Below are positions 14,711-28,719 of a DNA stretch of 64,000 bases, in pieces. The stretch spans positions 31,620,001-31,684,000 of the forward strand of contig OZ024754.1 of NCBI GenBank assembly GCA_964016885.1, given 5' to 3'. The DNA comes from Eledone cirrhosa (taxonomy: Eukaryota). The translations under genes and the position numbers were made by a program. The notes beneath the pieces were generated by a model, which was given only the letters and a program-made list of their open reading frames with translations, made no database searches and was not told the origin of the DNA. The stretch's first letter is position 1. The number at the start of each line of letters is the position of its first letter.

Positions 14711-15648
14711 TGTATGATATAGTATGGAAGCATCGGATAGATTTCAGCTTTCTGATGTTATAAAACTAACACAGGTGTCTCTCCATTAGCAATATAGGCG
14801 CTGGCATGGCTGTGTGTTGTGTGATTAACAACTTCCCTCCGCAATTCCCGGTCTAAACAACCAGCAACCAGTGTTTTGTACTCCTCTCTAGCAACTCTGC
14901 CAATCCGCTTCTGTGAGTTCATTTAACCCAGAGCTTCTCAAACTTTTGGGGCCACTCCCCCCCCCCCCCATCTCACGGCCACGTAACACCCTCAGCGCCC
15001 TATTTCCAGAGAGACCTGCCTACACGCAAATTGTAAATAATATGTAACAAATAAAATCGTTAATTTATATATAATAAATTATATAATTTCGTTTCTGAAT
15101 TTGTTTAGCAAGATTCTTTATCTGAAATCGTGTGTTGAAACCGATATTGTTATACTTTGGGAGGGTCATGTTGCCAATAAGAAACACACGCACCAGTTGC
15201 TTTCACTTCAATTTAATTTAATATATATTTATAAATTTACAAATTTATAAATTTCTGGTTGGTTGGTTGGTTCCACAACCAGATAGTTGTTTATATATAT
15301 ATAGTCATAGTTCTTTCGTCACACACTCTGTGACCTCTTCAGTGACTGGGGATTTCTTTCTTCGTTTCTGTGCCTTTCCTTTCTTCTATCCTACGCCATT
15401 TTGTTTGTGTGTGGGTTGCGTGTTCAGTTTGCGCATGCGCCACATCCGGGTGTCTGTGTGTGTTTGTGTTCATTTTTCTATTTTTCTATTTATATTTGTT
15501 TGTTTATTTATTTATTTGTTGTTGGTTGGTTGGTTGTTTGTTCTATGTGTGTGTGTGTTTTCATTTTGTCTTGTGTGTGTTTTCATTTTGTGTGTGTTTT
15601 CAATTGTAAGTTGTTTGTTCTATGTGTGTGTGTGTTTTCATTTTGTCC

Positions 15649-16463
15649 TTAATTGTAAGTTGTGATGTTGCTGTTCCACTCATATTTTCTATTTAATTTT
15701 GGTTTTAATTCTTTTATGCTTACTGCCTCTGTAATTTGCCTAAACATTGCGTCTTTCTTGTGTGTGGATTCTATTTTTATTTCTATGCTCTCTAATTTAC
15801 CCCTGTGTTCTATCTTAGCATGTTGGTAGAGCACAGATGATTCTTTACTATCTTGGAGGTCTCGCCAGTGTTCATTTATTCGTTCCCCTATACTACGAGC
15901 TGTCTCACCTATGTACACTATATTTTTGTTTCTACATTGTCCTTCAGTACATCTTATGCTATATACTACATTTCTAGTTTTACAGTTAATATGGGGGCTT
16001 ATTTTACAGGTTATACATTTCTTATCTATACATGAGGGTCTTTGGAACGGGTATGTCTTGCTAATAAGTGTTTTTACGGAGGTACCAGGTCTTTCTACTA
16101 TCTTAATATTGAGATTATGTTTCTTTAGGGCTCTTCTAAATTTGTAGGCTAGTTCGCCTCTAGGGGTTGTATTGATGAACATTACACTCTGGTATTTATT
16201 GCTATCATACCATGAGTTTATTCTATTGGCCTTGTTCTTAGTTCTTTCTATTCTATTCCAAAATTTGCTCCTATACAAGGGGCAGGTCCCATTTATGTCA
16301 TTATTTACCATTTTTTCCCATTTGGTTCTGGCTCCTTTATACACTCTGATTCTATCTCTCTGATTGTAGCCAGAGAACTGCATACGGTGGATGAAGTGTT
16401 GTATGTGTCTCTCTAGTTCTTCGGGGTTGCACATGCGGGACACATTTCTCATCACCCGTACCA
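15649..16463 (-). CDS. PLE RT thumb, Cys linker and GIY-YIG endonuclease (5'-truncated)
   Basis: CIDKKCITC..NCKTRNVVYSIRCTEGQC..YIGETARSIGERINEH..SVLYQHAKIEH..RQITEAVSI..PKLN: GIY-YIG with CCHH, C-terminal to RT remnants. Confidence 0.9.
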
Positions 16464-16508
16464 AATAGAATAAACTCATGGTATGATAGCAATAAATACC
16501 AGAGTGTA

Positions 16509-17042
16509 ATGTTCATCAATACAACCCCTAGAGGCGAACTAGCCTACAAATTTAGAAGAGCCCTAAAGAAACATAATCTCAATATTAAGATAGTAGAAAG
16601 ACCTGGTACCTCCGTAAAAACACTTATTAGCAAGACATACCCGTTCCAAAGACCCTCATGTATAGATAAGAAATGTATAACCTGTAAAATAAGCCCCCAT
16701 ATTAACTGTAAAACTAGAAATGTAGTATATAGCATAAGATGTACTGAAGGACAATGTAGAAACAAAAATATAGTGTACATAGGTGAGACAGCTCGTAGTA
16801 TAGGGGAACGAATAAATGAACACTGGCGAGACCTCCAAGATAGTAAAGAATCATCTGTGCTCTACCAACATGCTAAGATAGAACACAGGGGTAAATTAGA
16901 GAGCATAGAAATAAAAATAGAATCCACACACAAGAAAGACGCAATGTTTAGGCAAATTACAGAGGCAGTAAGCATAAAAGAATTAAAACCAAAATTAAAT
17001 AGAAAATATGAGTGGAACAGCAACATCACAACTTACAATTAA
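16509..17042 (+). CDS. PLE GIY-YIG endonuclease, mirror copy
   Basis: Identical 177 aa to the C-terminus of the minus-strand ORF. Confidence 0.85.
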   Translation: MFINTTPRGELAYKFRRALKKHNLNIKIVERPGTSVKTLISKTYPFQRPSCIDKKCITCKISPHINCKTRNVVYSIRCTEGQCRNKNIVYIGETARSIGERINEHWRDLQDSKESSVLYQHAKIEHRGKLESIEIKIESTHKKDAMFRQITEAVSIKELKPKLNRKYEWNSNITTYN

Positions 17043-17240
17043 GGACAAAATGAAAACACACACACACATAGAACAAACAACTTACAATTGAAAACACACA
17101 CAAAATGAAAACACACACAAGACAAAATGAAAACACACACACACATAGAACAAACAACCAACCAACCAACAACAAATAAATAAATAAACAAACAAATATA
17201 AATAGAAAAATAGAAAAATGAACACAAACACACACAGACA

Positions 17241-17298
17241 CCCGGATGTGGCGCATGCGCAAACTGAACACGCAACCCACACACAAACAAAATGGCGT
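17241..17298 (+). promoter_or_regulatory. Putative pLTR internal promoter motifs
   Basis: CCGGATGT (ETS-like), GCGCATGCGCA (NRF1-like) and AAAATGGCG (YY1-like) cluster upstream of the HHR. Confidence 0.4.
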
Positions 17299-17343
17299 AG
17301 GATAGAAGAAAGGAAAGGCACAGAAACGAAGAAAGAAATCCCC

Positions 17344-17388
17344 AGTCACTGAAGAGGTCACAGAGTGTGTGACGAAAGAACTATGACT
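17344..17388 (+). ncRNA. Hammerhead ribozyme in Penelope pLTR (mirror copy 15303-15347, minus)
   Basis: AGTCA-CTGAAGA-G-GTCAC..GTGAC-GAAA-GAAC-TA-TGACT; 5-bp stems I and II. Confidence 0.85.
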
Positions 17389-17591
17389 ATATATATATAA
17401 ACAACTATCTGGTTGTGGAACCAACCAACCAACCAGAAATTTATAAATTTGTAAATTTATAAATATATATTAAATTAAATTGAAGTGAAAGCAACTGGTG
17501 CGTGTGTTTCTTATTGGCAACATGACCCTCCCAAAGTATAACAAATTATATAATATATACTATGTATAAATATATATTATATATATTTTAT

Positions 17592-17621
17592 TACACTTTG
17601 ATCTTAGCCAAAAGGCCGAGA
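17592..17621 (-). pseudogene. U2: U2 snRNA 5' fragment
   Basis: Minus strand TCTCGGCCTTTTGGCTAAGATCAAAGTGTA matches the U2 5' end; flanked by direct repeat TATTTTATTA (17584-17593, 17624-17633). Confidence 0.8.
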
Positions 17622-17928
17622 TTTATTTTATTATATTCATATTTTTTTATATGTATCATTTGATACTTAATATACAATTATATCCGCTCCACTATCCCTT
17701 AGCCCCCCCCCGACCTTCTCAACGACCGGGGGGGGGGGGGTAGCGCCGACTTTGAGAACCTCTGATTTAACCCTTCATTACTATATTTCTGATGAAAAAC
17801 GCTATCAATAATTTTCAAAATATTTTGAAAATCAAGAATTTGGCGAAATTTAGTAATCTAATTTTTTCATAATTAAACTGCTATTTGGAACATAACTTAA
17901 CAAAAGCTCCTAAATAAAATTATAATAG

Positions 17929-18127
17929 CAGACCTGCCAAACTCTAAAAATCCAAATGGGGAATGCCATGAAAAAAAGTGTCCTAAAACGGGGTGAAATG
18001 AGGCAAATTGGGGAGATTTTACACAATGAAAGCTATACCCATTTTCACAAGAGAAGACAGACATCTCTCGCCTACCCCAAAGTGGGTAGGAGATTTTCCA
18101 GTCGGACGGGGAGAGTTGACAGGTCTG
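17929..18127. mobile_element. MITE with CAGACCTGYCAA TIRs (second copy 43717-43880, opposite orientation)
   Basis: TIRs plus shared internal sequence (aatgaaagctatacccattttc). Confidence 0.75.
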
Positions 18128-18503
18128 CAATAGAATCTTTTTAGATAAACATTTCTCAGTAAATAGTTTTGTATCGTATAACTAGGGGCAGTTTCATGTG
18201 GTTCAGTATCAAATGTATATGCGTGTTTTCGCCCCTTTTTAGTATTTTCTCTCTATTTCTTTTCAATTTTCCGAAGATGAGCATAACTCGAAACGTTATA
18301 TATTGACCTTTTCCTACTCCCAAAGCGTCAAACTAATATTCCCGATTCTCATATATATATAATAGAAAAAATGAAAAATATTTATTGCGTATCGACTTGT
18401 TACGTGCGTTTCGCATAGAATTGGCTCAAGGTGGCCTATAGGAGTTATGGACCAACACCAGTACTTCAGTACTTCACCGTACTACCTACACTATATATAC
18501 CTA

Positions 18504-18539
<36 letters not shown>

Positions 18540-19185
18540 AAGTTTGTCCTCATCAGTGGCCTTCCAACCGTCCTAGGCATTTCGTCGCATTAAAGGCCAT
18601 ATACCTCAGGTTGGTGCGAGCAACGGCTAAAAAAAGTCGTTGGGACACGTAAATAAACAGGACGCTAGGGTAAACAAACAAAATGGTTTAAGCAACAGAA
18701 AGTGATGAAGAAGAAAGAAACAAGTCCCCGATTTCTATGAATATAAATTCGGTGGAATCGTGAACGAGAGAATAAAGACCATCAAACCTGGTTGAAATGT
18801 GAGCAAGGAAGGAATTTCGCACAGGTCTAACGGGAGGAAGAAGGGGTCTGGTCTGCGAATTCGGTAAACATAAGTTCTGTGAAGTCGCAGACGAGAGAGA
18901 GAGAAAAAAAATTCATACCGGCTTGGCCAAGTGCCCGCAAGAAAAGGATTACGGACAGGTCAAACGGGAAGAAAGGGGAGGGCGAGAGGTAGTGATAGAG
19001 AAGGAGTGAGTGAAAGGTGAGGAAGAGGCTAACAGAGAGAGAGAGAGAGACTGCTAGAAAGGGTAAAGACACAAAGAACGAAACAGACTGGCGGCAGCGG
19101 AGGAAAAAATATATGTGTAAATATCCACTGATGAGGACAAACTTTTTCATATGTAACCCATTTGCAGCGCCGCAGCTCCATTATT

Positions 19186-19325
<140 letters not shown>

Positions 19326-19967
19326 TGGTGACATGAATAGACCTGTTTTTCCTCAGGATTCTTTTTTCGTTTCTGCCACTACTCACTGTCTTCTCTATTT
19401 CTATTTCCTCTTTAATATTTCATTCTATTTTCTGATGAAAGGCTAGCGACCGAAACTTTAAGACTCTTTTCCTACTATATCAAGCGTAAAACTAATATAT
19501 TTTTTCATTGTACTGAGTCGTTTGCTTTATTATTTCGATTTACCTTTTGCATACACACAGACATATATACATATATATTTATATAAAATATAATTCTTAT
19601 CTTCAGTAATGGTAACAACATTATATTATGCATTCCTTGTTTCTCCTAACTTTTAATCTGGTATCTGGAAATGATATCAATTTATTTCCGCCACGAAGAA
19701 AATCAATTAGAAAACTTATAATACTTCCAAATTAATTAAAACACTTTTTGCTTCCACTTAATGGTGTTTTTTTTTAAATTTTATTTGTTTTTTTAATTAA
19801 TACACATGAATCAACTATATATCATATTAAGTGGGTATCTGTGGCACTGCACCAGACACAAGACGGCGATAAACGCTTACATGAACGCTAGCTTATCAAC
19901 AGAAATACAATATTCCTGATACACTTCTAGTTTTTTTTCAACCTGGGCAGCGCCGAGTATTCTGCTA

Positions 19968-20000
<33 letters not shown>

Positions 20001-20004
<4 letters not shown>

Positions 20005-21723
20005 AAAGAAAAGCGAAGTAGTTTCAGATGTTCAAGTTCTTTAATAATAATGCTGTGATATATATTTCAATGACGACACTGGCCACACTGTTCTGTGTGC
20101 GAGTGTCGTGTCATCATCAGACAGCTTGTTACATAATAAGGTTATGTTTCCGAGGCAATCCAAATTGAATCGACATGGGAACGGATGAAGTTCGTGCTTT
20201 TCGGTTTTTCATCCGTTCCCTTGTGAGTACCAATTCACCCCCACCCCACCCGGTCTGCGCAAGCGCATGTCCGAAGGAAGTTGACCATTAGCCACCGCAG
20301 ATTTCAACGAAATTCGCTGTCAGTTCACCCTCTCAGCCAAAACAATGGCCCACCCATGCCCTACCAAAGTTTACTGCTACCCATCACGACTGCGGAAGTC
20401 AGCCGAAAGCCAGAGGGGATGGGAGGGTGTTAGTTTTTATAGGTCACAATACTACCTTTCACTAAGCGTTGACAGTAAGACTGACCATCAACTCATAAGG
20501 GAAAATAAACTTAATTCTAGGTACCATGGTTTTACATTGGAAGTTAAGAGTAACTTTCGGCAGGATAAATACGCGGAAACAAAAAATAAGATAAACCCCT
20601 ATTTTCCTGCACCAAATCGCATTTGAACAGAAGCCCCCTCAATTCAATCTATGCATCGACAGATGGACAATCATATGGATCATTTTGCATATATGTACTC
20701 TGTGTTTTTGCATTTATTCACTATTGGTTCTGTTCTTTTCTTTTCTTTTGTGTACTTTATGTCTGTTTTTCTTTGATTTTGTTCCATGTGATGGAAATTA
20801 TGACCGTGTAACAGATTGACTAATGCCTTGAACCCTGTGGTTTGCCCTCCGTTATAATGTACGGCACTGTCGTTCAATATGTGGATAGAGTAACTGTGAC
20901 ACTAGAATCCCTCTCAGAACTTATTACTTAAACATCTCTCTCCATATTATTTACTCACTTCAATCTATATTTTTACTCAATCCGAATTATCACTTGAAAA
21001 ATTTTTGAATTTCGAATTTTTAATTTTTTAATTGTTTAATTTATAATCTCTGATATTTGATTTAGGATTTTAATTTTTAATTTTTAATTTTATTTCCAAC
21101 TCTCACTCTTAACTTCCAATGTAAAACCATGGTACCTAGAATTAAGTTTATTTTCCCTTATGAGTTGATGGTCAGTCTTGCTGTCAACGCTTAGTGAAAG
21201 GTAGTATTGTGACCTATAAAAACTAACACCCTCCCATCCCCTCTGGCTTTCGGCTGACTGCCACAGTAGCGATGGGTAGCAGTAAACTTTGGTAGGGCAT
21301 GGGTGGGCCATTGTTTTGGTTGAGAGGGTGAACTGACAGCGAATTTCGTTGAAATCTGCGGTGGCTAATGGTCAACTTCCTTCGGACATGCGCTTGCGCA
21401 GACCGGGGGGGGGGTGAATTGGTACTCACAAGGGAACGGATGAAAAACCGAAAAGCACGAACTTCATCCGTTCCCATGTCGATTCAATTTGGATTGCCTC
21501 GGAAACATAACCTTATTATGTAACAAGCTGTCTGATGATGACACGACACTCGCACACAGAACAGTGTGGCCAGTGTCGTCATTGAAATATATATCACAGC
21601 ATTATTATTAAAGGACTTGAACATCTGAAACTACTTCGCTTTTCCTTACTCGATATTTACTCCATCACTCCTATGTGGAAAAAGTACGTTGAGTGCTTGA
21701 ATTGAATTGCATCAATATTTACC

Positions 21724-21727
<4 letters not shown>
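20001..21727. mobile_element. Large fold-back element with hammerheads (20052-20125 -, 21527-21600 +)
   Basis: Arms 20001-20551 / 21105-21651, spacer about 550 bp, tail 21652-21727; HHR GCTGT-CTGATGA-..ACGACACT/AGTGTCGT..-GAAA-TATATA-TC-ACAGC; (TA)n on both sides. Confidence 0.9.
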
Positions 21728-21776
<49 letters not shown>

Positions 21777-21831
21777 ATGTAGTAGTAGTAGATACAAATA
21801 CCAAAATCCGAAGAGGACTCGATAAAGAGTG

Positions 21832-21883
<52 letters not shown>

Positions 21884-22034
21884 AAGCCAAAACCAGTTTC
21901 GTGTATGCAAATCAAGGTCCTCTGCCCCGATCTTTCACTAAGGGACTGCCCGCCCTACCCATGTTAGCGTGCAAAATAGACATAAAAAGATGTTGATGAT
22001 GATATATAAACCCGTAGAGCAAATATTTATTAAT

Positions 22035-22153
22035 ACCTTTGTATTTTAAAATTTGAATAACTCACAGGTATTTAAAGTGATTTACCATATATATATATAT
22101 GGTAAATCACTTTAAATACCTGTGAGTTATTCAAATTTTAAAATACAAAGGTA
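22035..22153. repeat. Perfect palindrome with (AT)7 centre
   Basis: 53-bp arms 22035-22087 / 22101-22153. Confidence 0.85.
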
Positions 22154-23619
22154 ACATTATCACAGTTTCCAATTCTATTCAATTAATTAACCTCTTAATC
22201 TTAGTAAGGAATGCAGTCTAATTAGAAATGCTATTAATGAAGTGACGTCATTAAGACAGGTTCATTTAGAGCAACATTGAAATGAGAAAAGAGTGACGGA
22301 GGAGCTGGTGAAAAAATAAACGTTACCGAAAAGCACCGAATGGTTAAGGAGTTGGTTTAACATATGATGAGGTTATGGGTTCGATCCCATTGCATGGAAT
22401 TTTGGGAAAGTGGCTTTTACCATATCCACGGGTTGATCTAAACCTCTGGAGTGAAATTAGATAGAAGCAAACTGTGGCAACCCGTCAGATGGACCGAGTT
22501 TATTACACATTAATATAACGAACATAGCCGTTTACCAAGCAACCGGAGCCCTCCTCGTGGAAACCGCCGGAGATCCGTTTATCTTATTCATCTTTACTAA
22601 AGATACACACGTGTGTGTCTGTATGCGTATAGTATAAGTAAATGTATATCTACACATACATATATGAAAGCATCCAGAACCACACATGCAATGACATTCA
22701 TATAAGCACATATACATAGGTGTGCAAATACATAACGTACACACATGCATAAACACACACACACACCGCACCACACTCACACACACACACTCTCACACAC
22801 ACACGGTATTCAATGTACGTAAGCAATAAAAGCACCTTATGACTAATGAGCGTTTCACTTGCCGCCAACGCTGTATGAAGAAAGCACTGTTGTTTTATAT
22901 CTGGGTATTTGTTGGAACACTCACATGACAGACAACTCTGTCGCTTTCAATTCACTAATAATTTCTTCTCAAAAACGGAACATGACATAATATGACATAT
23001 CACGATATTAAAATAGAAGTTATCAGTACCATCTTGTCAACAATTGAACGTTTCACTCTGAAAGGCCAGCATTAATACAAGAATCTTTGAGCGATTCTGT
23101 TGGAAAGAGACAGGGTCTTGAACCCCTTTGTTACCAAACCGCTAGAAACCGCCTTTGGTTCTATGATATAAAACTGTTTGATTTTAATTGTTTATACTTA
23201 CTTATCTAAAAACTTTCCTTTATAATTTTATGTAAAATCTGCTGCTAAGTTGTTTCAAATGTCGGCTTATGTATGAGGAAGATATTTTACCAAATCACTC
23301 AAAAACTGCAATATGATGAGGAAAAAAAAAGAAAAACCGTACCGCACCGTCCTTCGCGCGGGTTAACTAGGGACGCGTCCAGGCCTTAGGTAGAGGGGCC
23401 TGTTCGAAAAATATATTGCCGTCTACATTTCATGCCGCAAAAACTGCCGATGGGCCTGCAGCCTGTCCTCGGAGGCACGGGATAGATGCACAAAGGTTGC
23501 TTATCCTGAGACCCTAAAGAATTCCGGAAGGGAGTAAACCGTAACAGTTGGAATCTGGAACACTCAACATTCTTAATAGGCAGTATCTTTCTTGAGAAAT
23601 ATGGTAACGAAAGGGTAAC

Positions 23620-23940
23620 AGACTGCTGACTGCTGGAATCCAGAAGCGTGTTTTCACTGTTCAGCTAAGGTGACACTAAGACTGGTGAGGGCCAGAGTTG
23701 TGTTTCATAGCTCAGTTAAGGTGATATTAATTAATATCCTTACGGGGTCGATAAAATAAAGTACCAGTAATGAACTGGATAATTGCTGGCCTTGTGCCTA
23801 AAGTAGAAACAATTAATTAATAGACTACTGGTTGCTGAGAGTCAGAGATGTATTTTTACTGCTTAACCAAGGTAACTCTAATTGATCGTTGACTGCTCAG
23901 GACCAAAGATGTGTTTTCACTTCAGTTAAGATGACAAAGT
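23620..23940 (+). repeat. Degenerate about 57-60 bp minisatellite (further unit at 24465-24503)
   Basis: Recurring ctgagggccagagrtgtgttttcactgctcagytaaggtgaca, interrupted by SINE and MITE pieces. Confidence 0.7.
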
Positions 23941-23946
23941 CTAACA

Positions 23947-24461
23947 CAGAGGGCCCCAATTACTGGGCCGCGGATGGGCACCGGTCCGTGGATCATTTGC
24001 TACCGGGTCATAAAGAAATAATTAATTTGTTTAAAATTATATAATAGATAAATTGAATATTGGACTTTAATTTTAAAAGATTTGTTTAAATATTCAATAT
24101 TCATCTACTTTAATAAATTGATGTTTTTGTTATTACTCTCTTTATCAGAGCAGTGGATTGGCAGAATCGGTAGAGCGCCGGACATCCTGCTTTGCAGCAT
24201 AGTTACGGTCCTTTACGGTCTGAGTTCAAATCTCACCGAGGTCAACTTTGCCTTTCATAAAATAAAGTGCAAGTCACGCGCTGGGTTCGATTTGATCGAC
24301 TTTCCCCTCCTCCAAAATTGCTGGCCTTGTGCTTATATAAGAAACCATTATTGCTCTCTTTATCGAAATGCACTTAAATAACACGTGTGAAATTACCGGT
24401 CCGCGAAAAGATTGTCCGGTAAGAAGCCGGTCCGTGGTATAAAACAAGTTGGAGACCACTG
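23947..24461. mobile_element. hAT-Charlie (MER1-like) MITE with nested SINE (24148-24350)
   Basis: CAGAGGGCCCCAA..GGGCCGCGG..ACCGGTCCGTGG and CCGGTCCGTGGTATAAAACAAGTTGGAGACCACTG; no clean TSD. Confidence 0.65.
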
Positions 24462-24616
24462 GAGACAGCTGAGAGCCAGAGGTGTGTTTTCACTGATCAG
24501 CTATGGCGCGTTCCATTTTCGTTTTAATCTTTGTGCTGCGGTTATGATTTCAGCTTTTTGTGACATCCTTTCAACTTTTTTTTTCAACCATTTTCGGAAT
24601 GCTCAGTGGCCCACCG

Positions 24617-24806
24617 GGTGGTGGATTGGCAGAATCGGTAGAGGGTCGGACGCCATGCTTTGACGCATAGAGTTACGGCCCTTGCCATTCTGAGTTCAAA
24701 TCCCGCCGAGGTTAACTTTACATTTCATCCTTACGGGGTCGATAAAATAAAGTACCAGCAATGCACTGGGTAATTGCTGGCCTTGTGCCAAAAGTAGAAA
24801 CAATTA
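24617..24806 (+). mobile_element. SINE family 1, full length
   Basis: A/B boxes, core, tail. Confidence 0.9.
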
Positions 24807-25349
24807 TTTAAATACGGGCCTTTTTGAGGATTGCGTTTTCGCTAAATTATTTGTCCATATCACTTGTCTATTAGTGGTACATACCTTTTTGTTTCATGTA
24901 ACATCTGTCTGAATTCTCTCTCACTTCCTCTTTATCTCTCTCTCCCACCGCTCCTCCTCTCTCTCACTCCTCCTCCTCTCTCCCACACCTCCTTTCTCTG
25001 TCTATCAATCGTTGTGTTCATAGTGTTTGGCAGTAGTATAGATACCCAATAGTGCGTGCGTGCGTGCGTGTGTGTGCGCGTGTGTGCGTGCGTGTGTGTG
25101 GTGTATTATGTTACGTATAACAAAGTACTTGAAATTTTGATTTTATCTCACTGATTGATCAATACTACCGTTGCAATTCCCAAACCGGGAACCGATGCGC
25201 TGAGATATGAATGAAAAAAAAAACGAGTCGTTAATGTAATATATAATTTATGTAATAGAGGTTAAATGTGCAAAATCTTAAAGATATGATGTCATTATAA
25301 TCAATAAAACATCTATGAAATAGTGGGTATTATTTTTAAGGATTTAATA

Positions 25350-25355
25350 TTTATT
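25350..25355 (-). terminator. Candidate polyadenylation signal for PABP gene
   Basis: AATAAA on the minus strand about 320 nt after the stop codon. Confidence 0.35.
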
Positions 25356-25672
25356 GGTAATTTTCTATAACTTTTCAACAAGCATTGTGTTCCATCAAAC
25401 TCCGAACTCTGAGTATTTGTACCGAGAATATGAGTTACACTCATATTCATCTGTCAAGTGAGTCCATGTCTTGGTGAAACTCTGTGACAACAAAAGCAGT
25501 AAGGGACTATCTGTCCATCCTAAACCGGGGTCACCCCCGGAAGCTGTCCAGCAGCCTACCACTTCAGTCATGGCAGAGACTAAGCTCCTTCAGGAACAGA
25601 TTCTTAAATAATTTATAATTTTTTTAATGTTGCTTGTCTTAACTCTCAACTGTCTGTAGGTCCATCATTAGT

Positions 25673-26881
<1,209 letters not shown>

Positions 26882-27541
26882 TTAATTTGGGGGAAAATTC
26901 AGTTTCTTACTAGATCTGCCTTGCTTTTTTTTTTAATCTTTTCTGAATGTAAACAATATATAGGATATAGAAGTTTATATTGTGATCGTATCAAAGCATA
27001 GAAGAACTTTAATTTTAAATTATTTCAAAGCGTTCAGCCGTCAGCACATGACAAACTCGATAACGTTTCAAAGATTCATGACGTTTTTACTCGTGGGTTT
27101 TCTGAATTACGTGCAAGGAAACTTCACAGAACAACGTTGTATAATTCAAATATTTATTGTTTATAACAAATGTAAACAAAATATTTAGCCTGGCCCGTAT
27201 TAGCCCATTGCTAGGTCCCTAGGCTTTCAGATATTTCGTGGTGGGGTGGGGGTCTGGCACTCTTCAATCTTTCACCTCACAATAGTAAAAAAAAAAAATT
27301 ACCCGGCCCCTAGTCCCTATAACAACTTCTCGGTTTCAGCTTAGCCAGCCTAATGAAATATCACTATGCCCTGCCCTTAGCTTTGTAATCAGAAAGGAAC
27401 ATAGTCGTCGATGTTTCAAAAAAAATTATGAAATTAATGTTTTTTTAAACTATATTTTGCTGTCTCATTGTTATAAAACACGAAAAGCTGATTTATTTGT
27501 AAGTCATCTAAAACATATTTGTTAACATTCAATTATTTATT

Positions 27542-27625
<84 letters not shown>

Positions 27626-28719
27626 ATATATGTGTGTGTGTGTATATATGTGTGTGTATATATATATATATAAATATATATATATATGTGTGTGTGTATG
27701 TGTGTGGTGGAGGGGGCAAGAAATTAACAGAATCGTTAGAGCGTAGCAGAAAATGTCTTGCAGAATTTGTTCGGACGCTGTGCTGTGAGATCAAATTGCG
27801 TCGAAGTCACCTTTGCCTTGCATCCTTTTTCAAGTGACATAAAATAAACTACTATTTGATGGCGATTAATTGGCTGAATTGGTAAAGCGTCGGACAAGAT
27901 ACTTTGGGTATTTGTTCCTGCTCTTTGCATTCTGAGTTCAAATCTCACCGTGATCTTCCTGAGTGTTAGACGCAATCTGTCGCCCGGTTGAATTGAATGA
28001 TATGTAATTTATAGCTCACACCTATGTAGGTGTAATTGGCCTTATATGATGTTGTATCTCATTAAAGGTTTCTCTGGTGTTTTAATGATAGGGGCCACAG
28101 TCATACTATGTTGTCCATACAGTTCACACCTATGTGGGTGTAGTTGGCCTCATACAAGGATACATCTCATAGGAAGCTTCTCAGGCATTTTAATAATAGG
28201 GCATACAGTCCTAATAGGAAAGCTCTCATCTCCCACTCTTGACTAGACTCCAGTCCATTGCAGAGGTTAACCCCCAGTTGCAGCTGGTACACATTCTTGT
28301 TTTCAGCTGAAAGTCTATTCTCAATAGAAGAACGGGTTGCCCGGTTCAATAATCACGCCCTCATGACCATGAAACCAACACCGTAACCTCTAGGCCACGC
28401 GCCTTCACATTGCAAATTCATTGTGCTAATATAAAAGCTTCGAATGCCATATTTTTTTAAAAGCCTGGCATAAAATTCTTTAATCTTTCAATTAAGTGCG
28501 AACATTTCCTTTTAGCAAATTCCATGCCTATATAAGCTGAAAATATGATTAAATGCAGCTGTTTCTCAGCAAACTCGCCAACAAAGAAATTATGGATTAA
28601 ATTCGTGTATTTTTGCTTTTGTAGACCCTAACATATAGCCTCTTATGTTTTGTCATGTAAAAAATAAATGGATTTAGTGCCAAAATAAACAGAACCACAG
28701 ACAGACTGTCTCCTGCTTT

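Larger units (their letters stand above)
15087..17544. mobile_element. Penelope-like retroelement, head-to-head inverted insertion
   Basis: Arms 15147-16227 / 16464-17544 (about 1.08 kb; mirror ORF translations are identical), 236-bp spacer, 60-nt tail only on the left. Confidence 0.95.
14929..17764. mobile_element. hAT (Charlie-like) MITE hosting nested Penelope and U2 fragment
   Basis: TIRs CAGAGCTTCTCAAA / TTTGAGAACCTCTG; 8-bp TSD ATTTAACC at 14921-14928 and 17765-17772. Confidence 0.85.

Noticed and set aside
23338-23400. HDV-like ribozyme upstream of a possible RTE 5' end
   Set aside because: The CCG-TCCTTCGCG-CGG loop is suggestive, but the P1 5' strand is missing and the pseudoknot could not be completed by eye.
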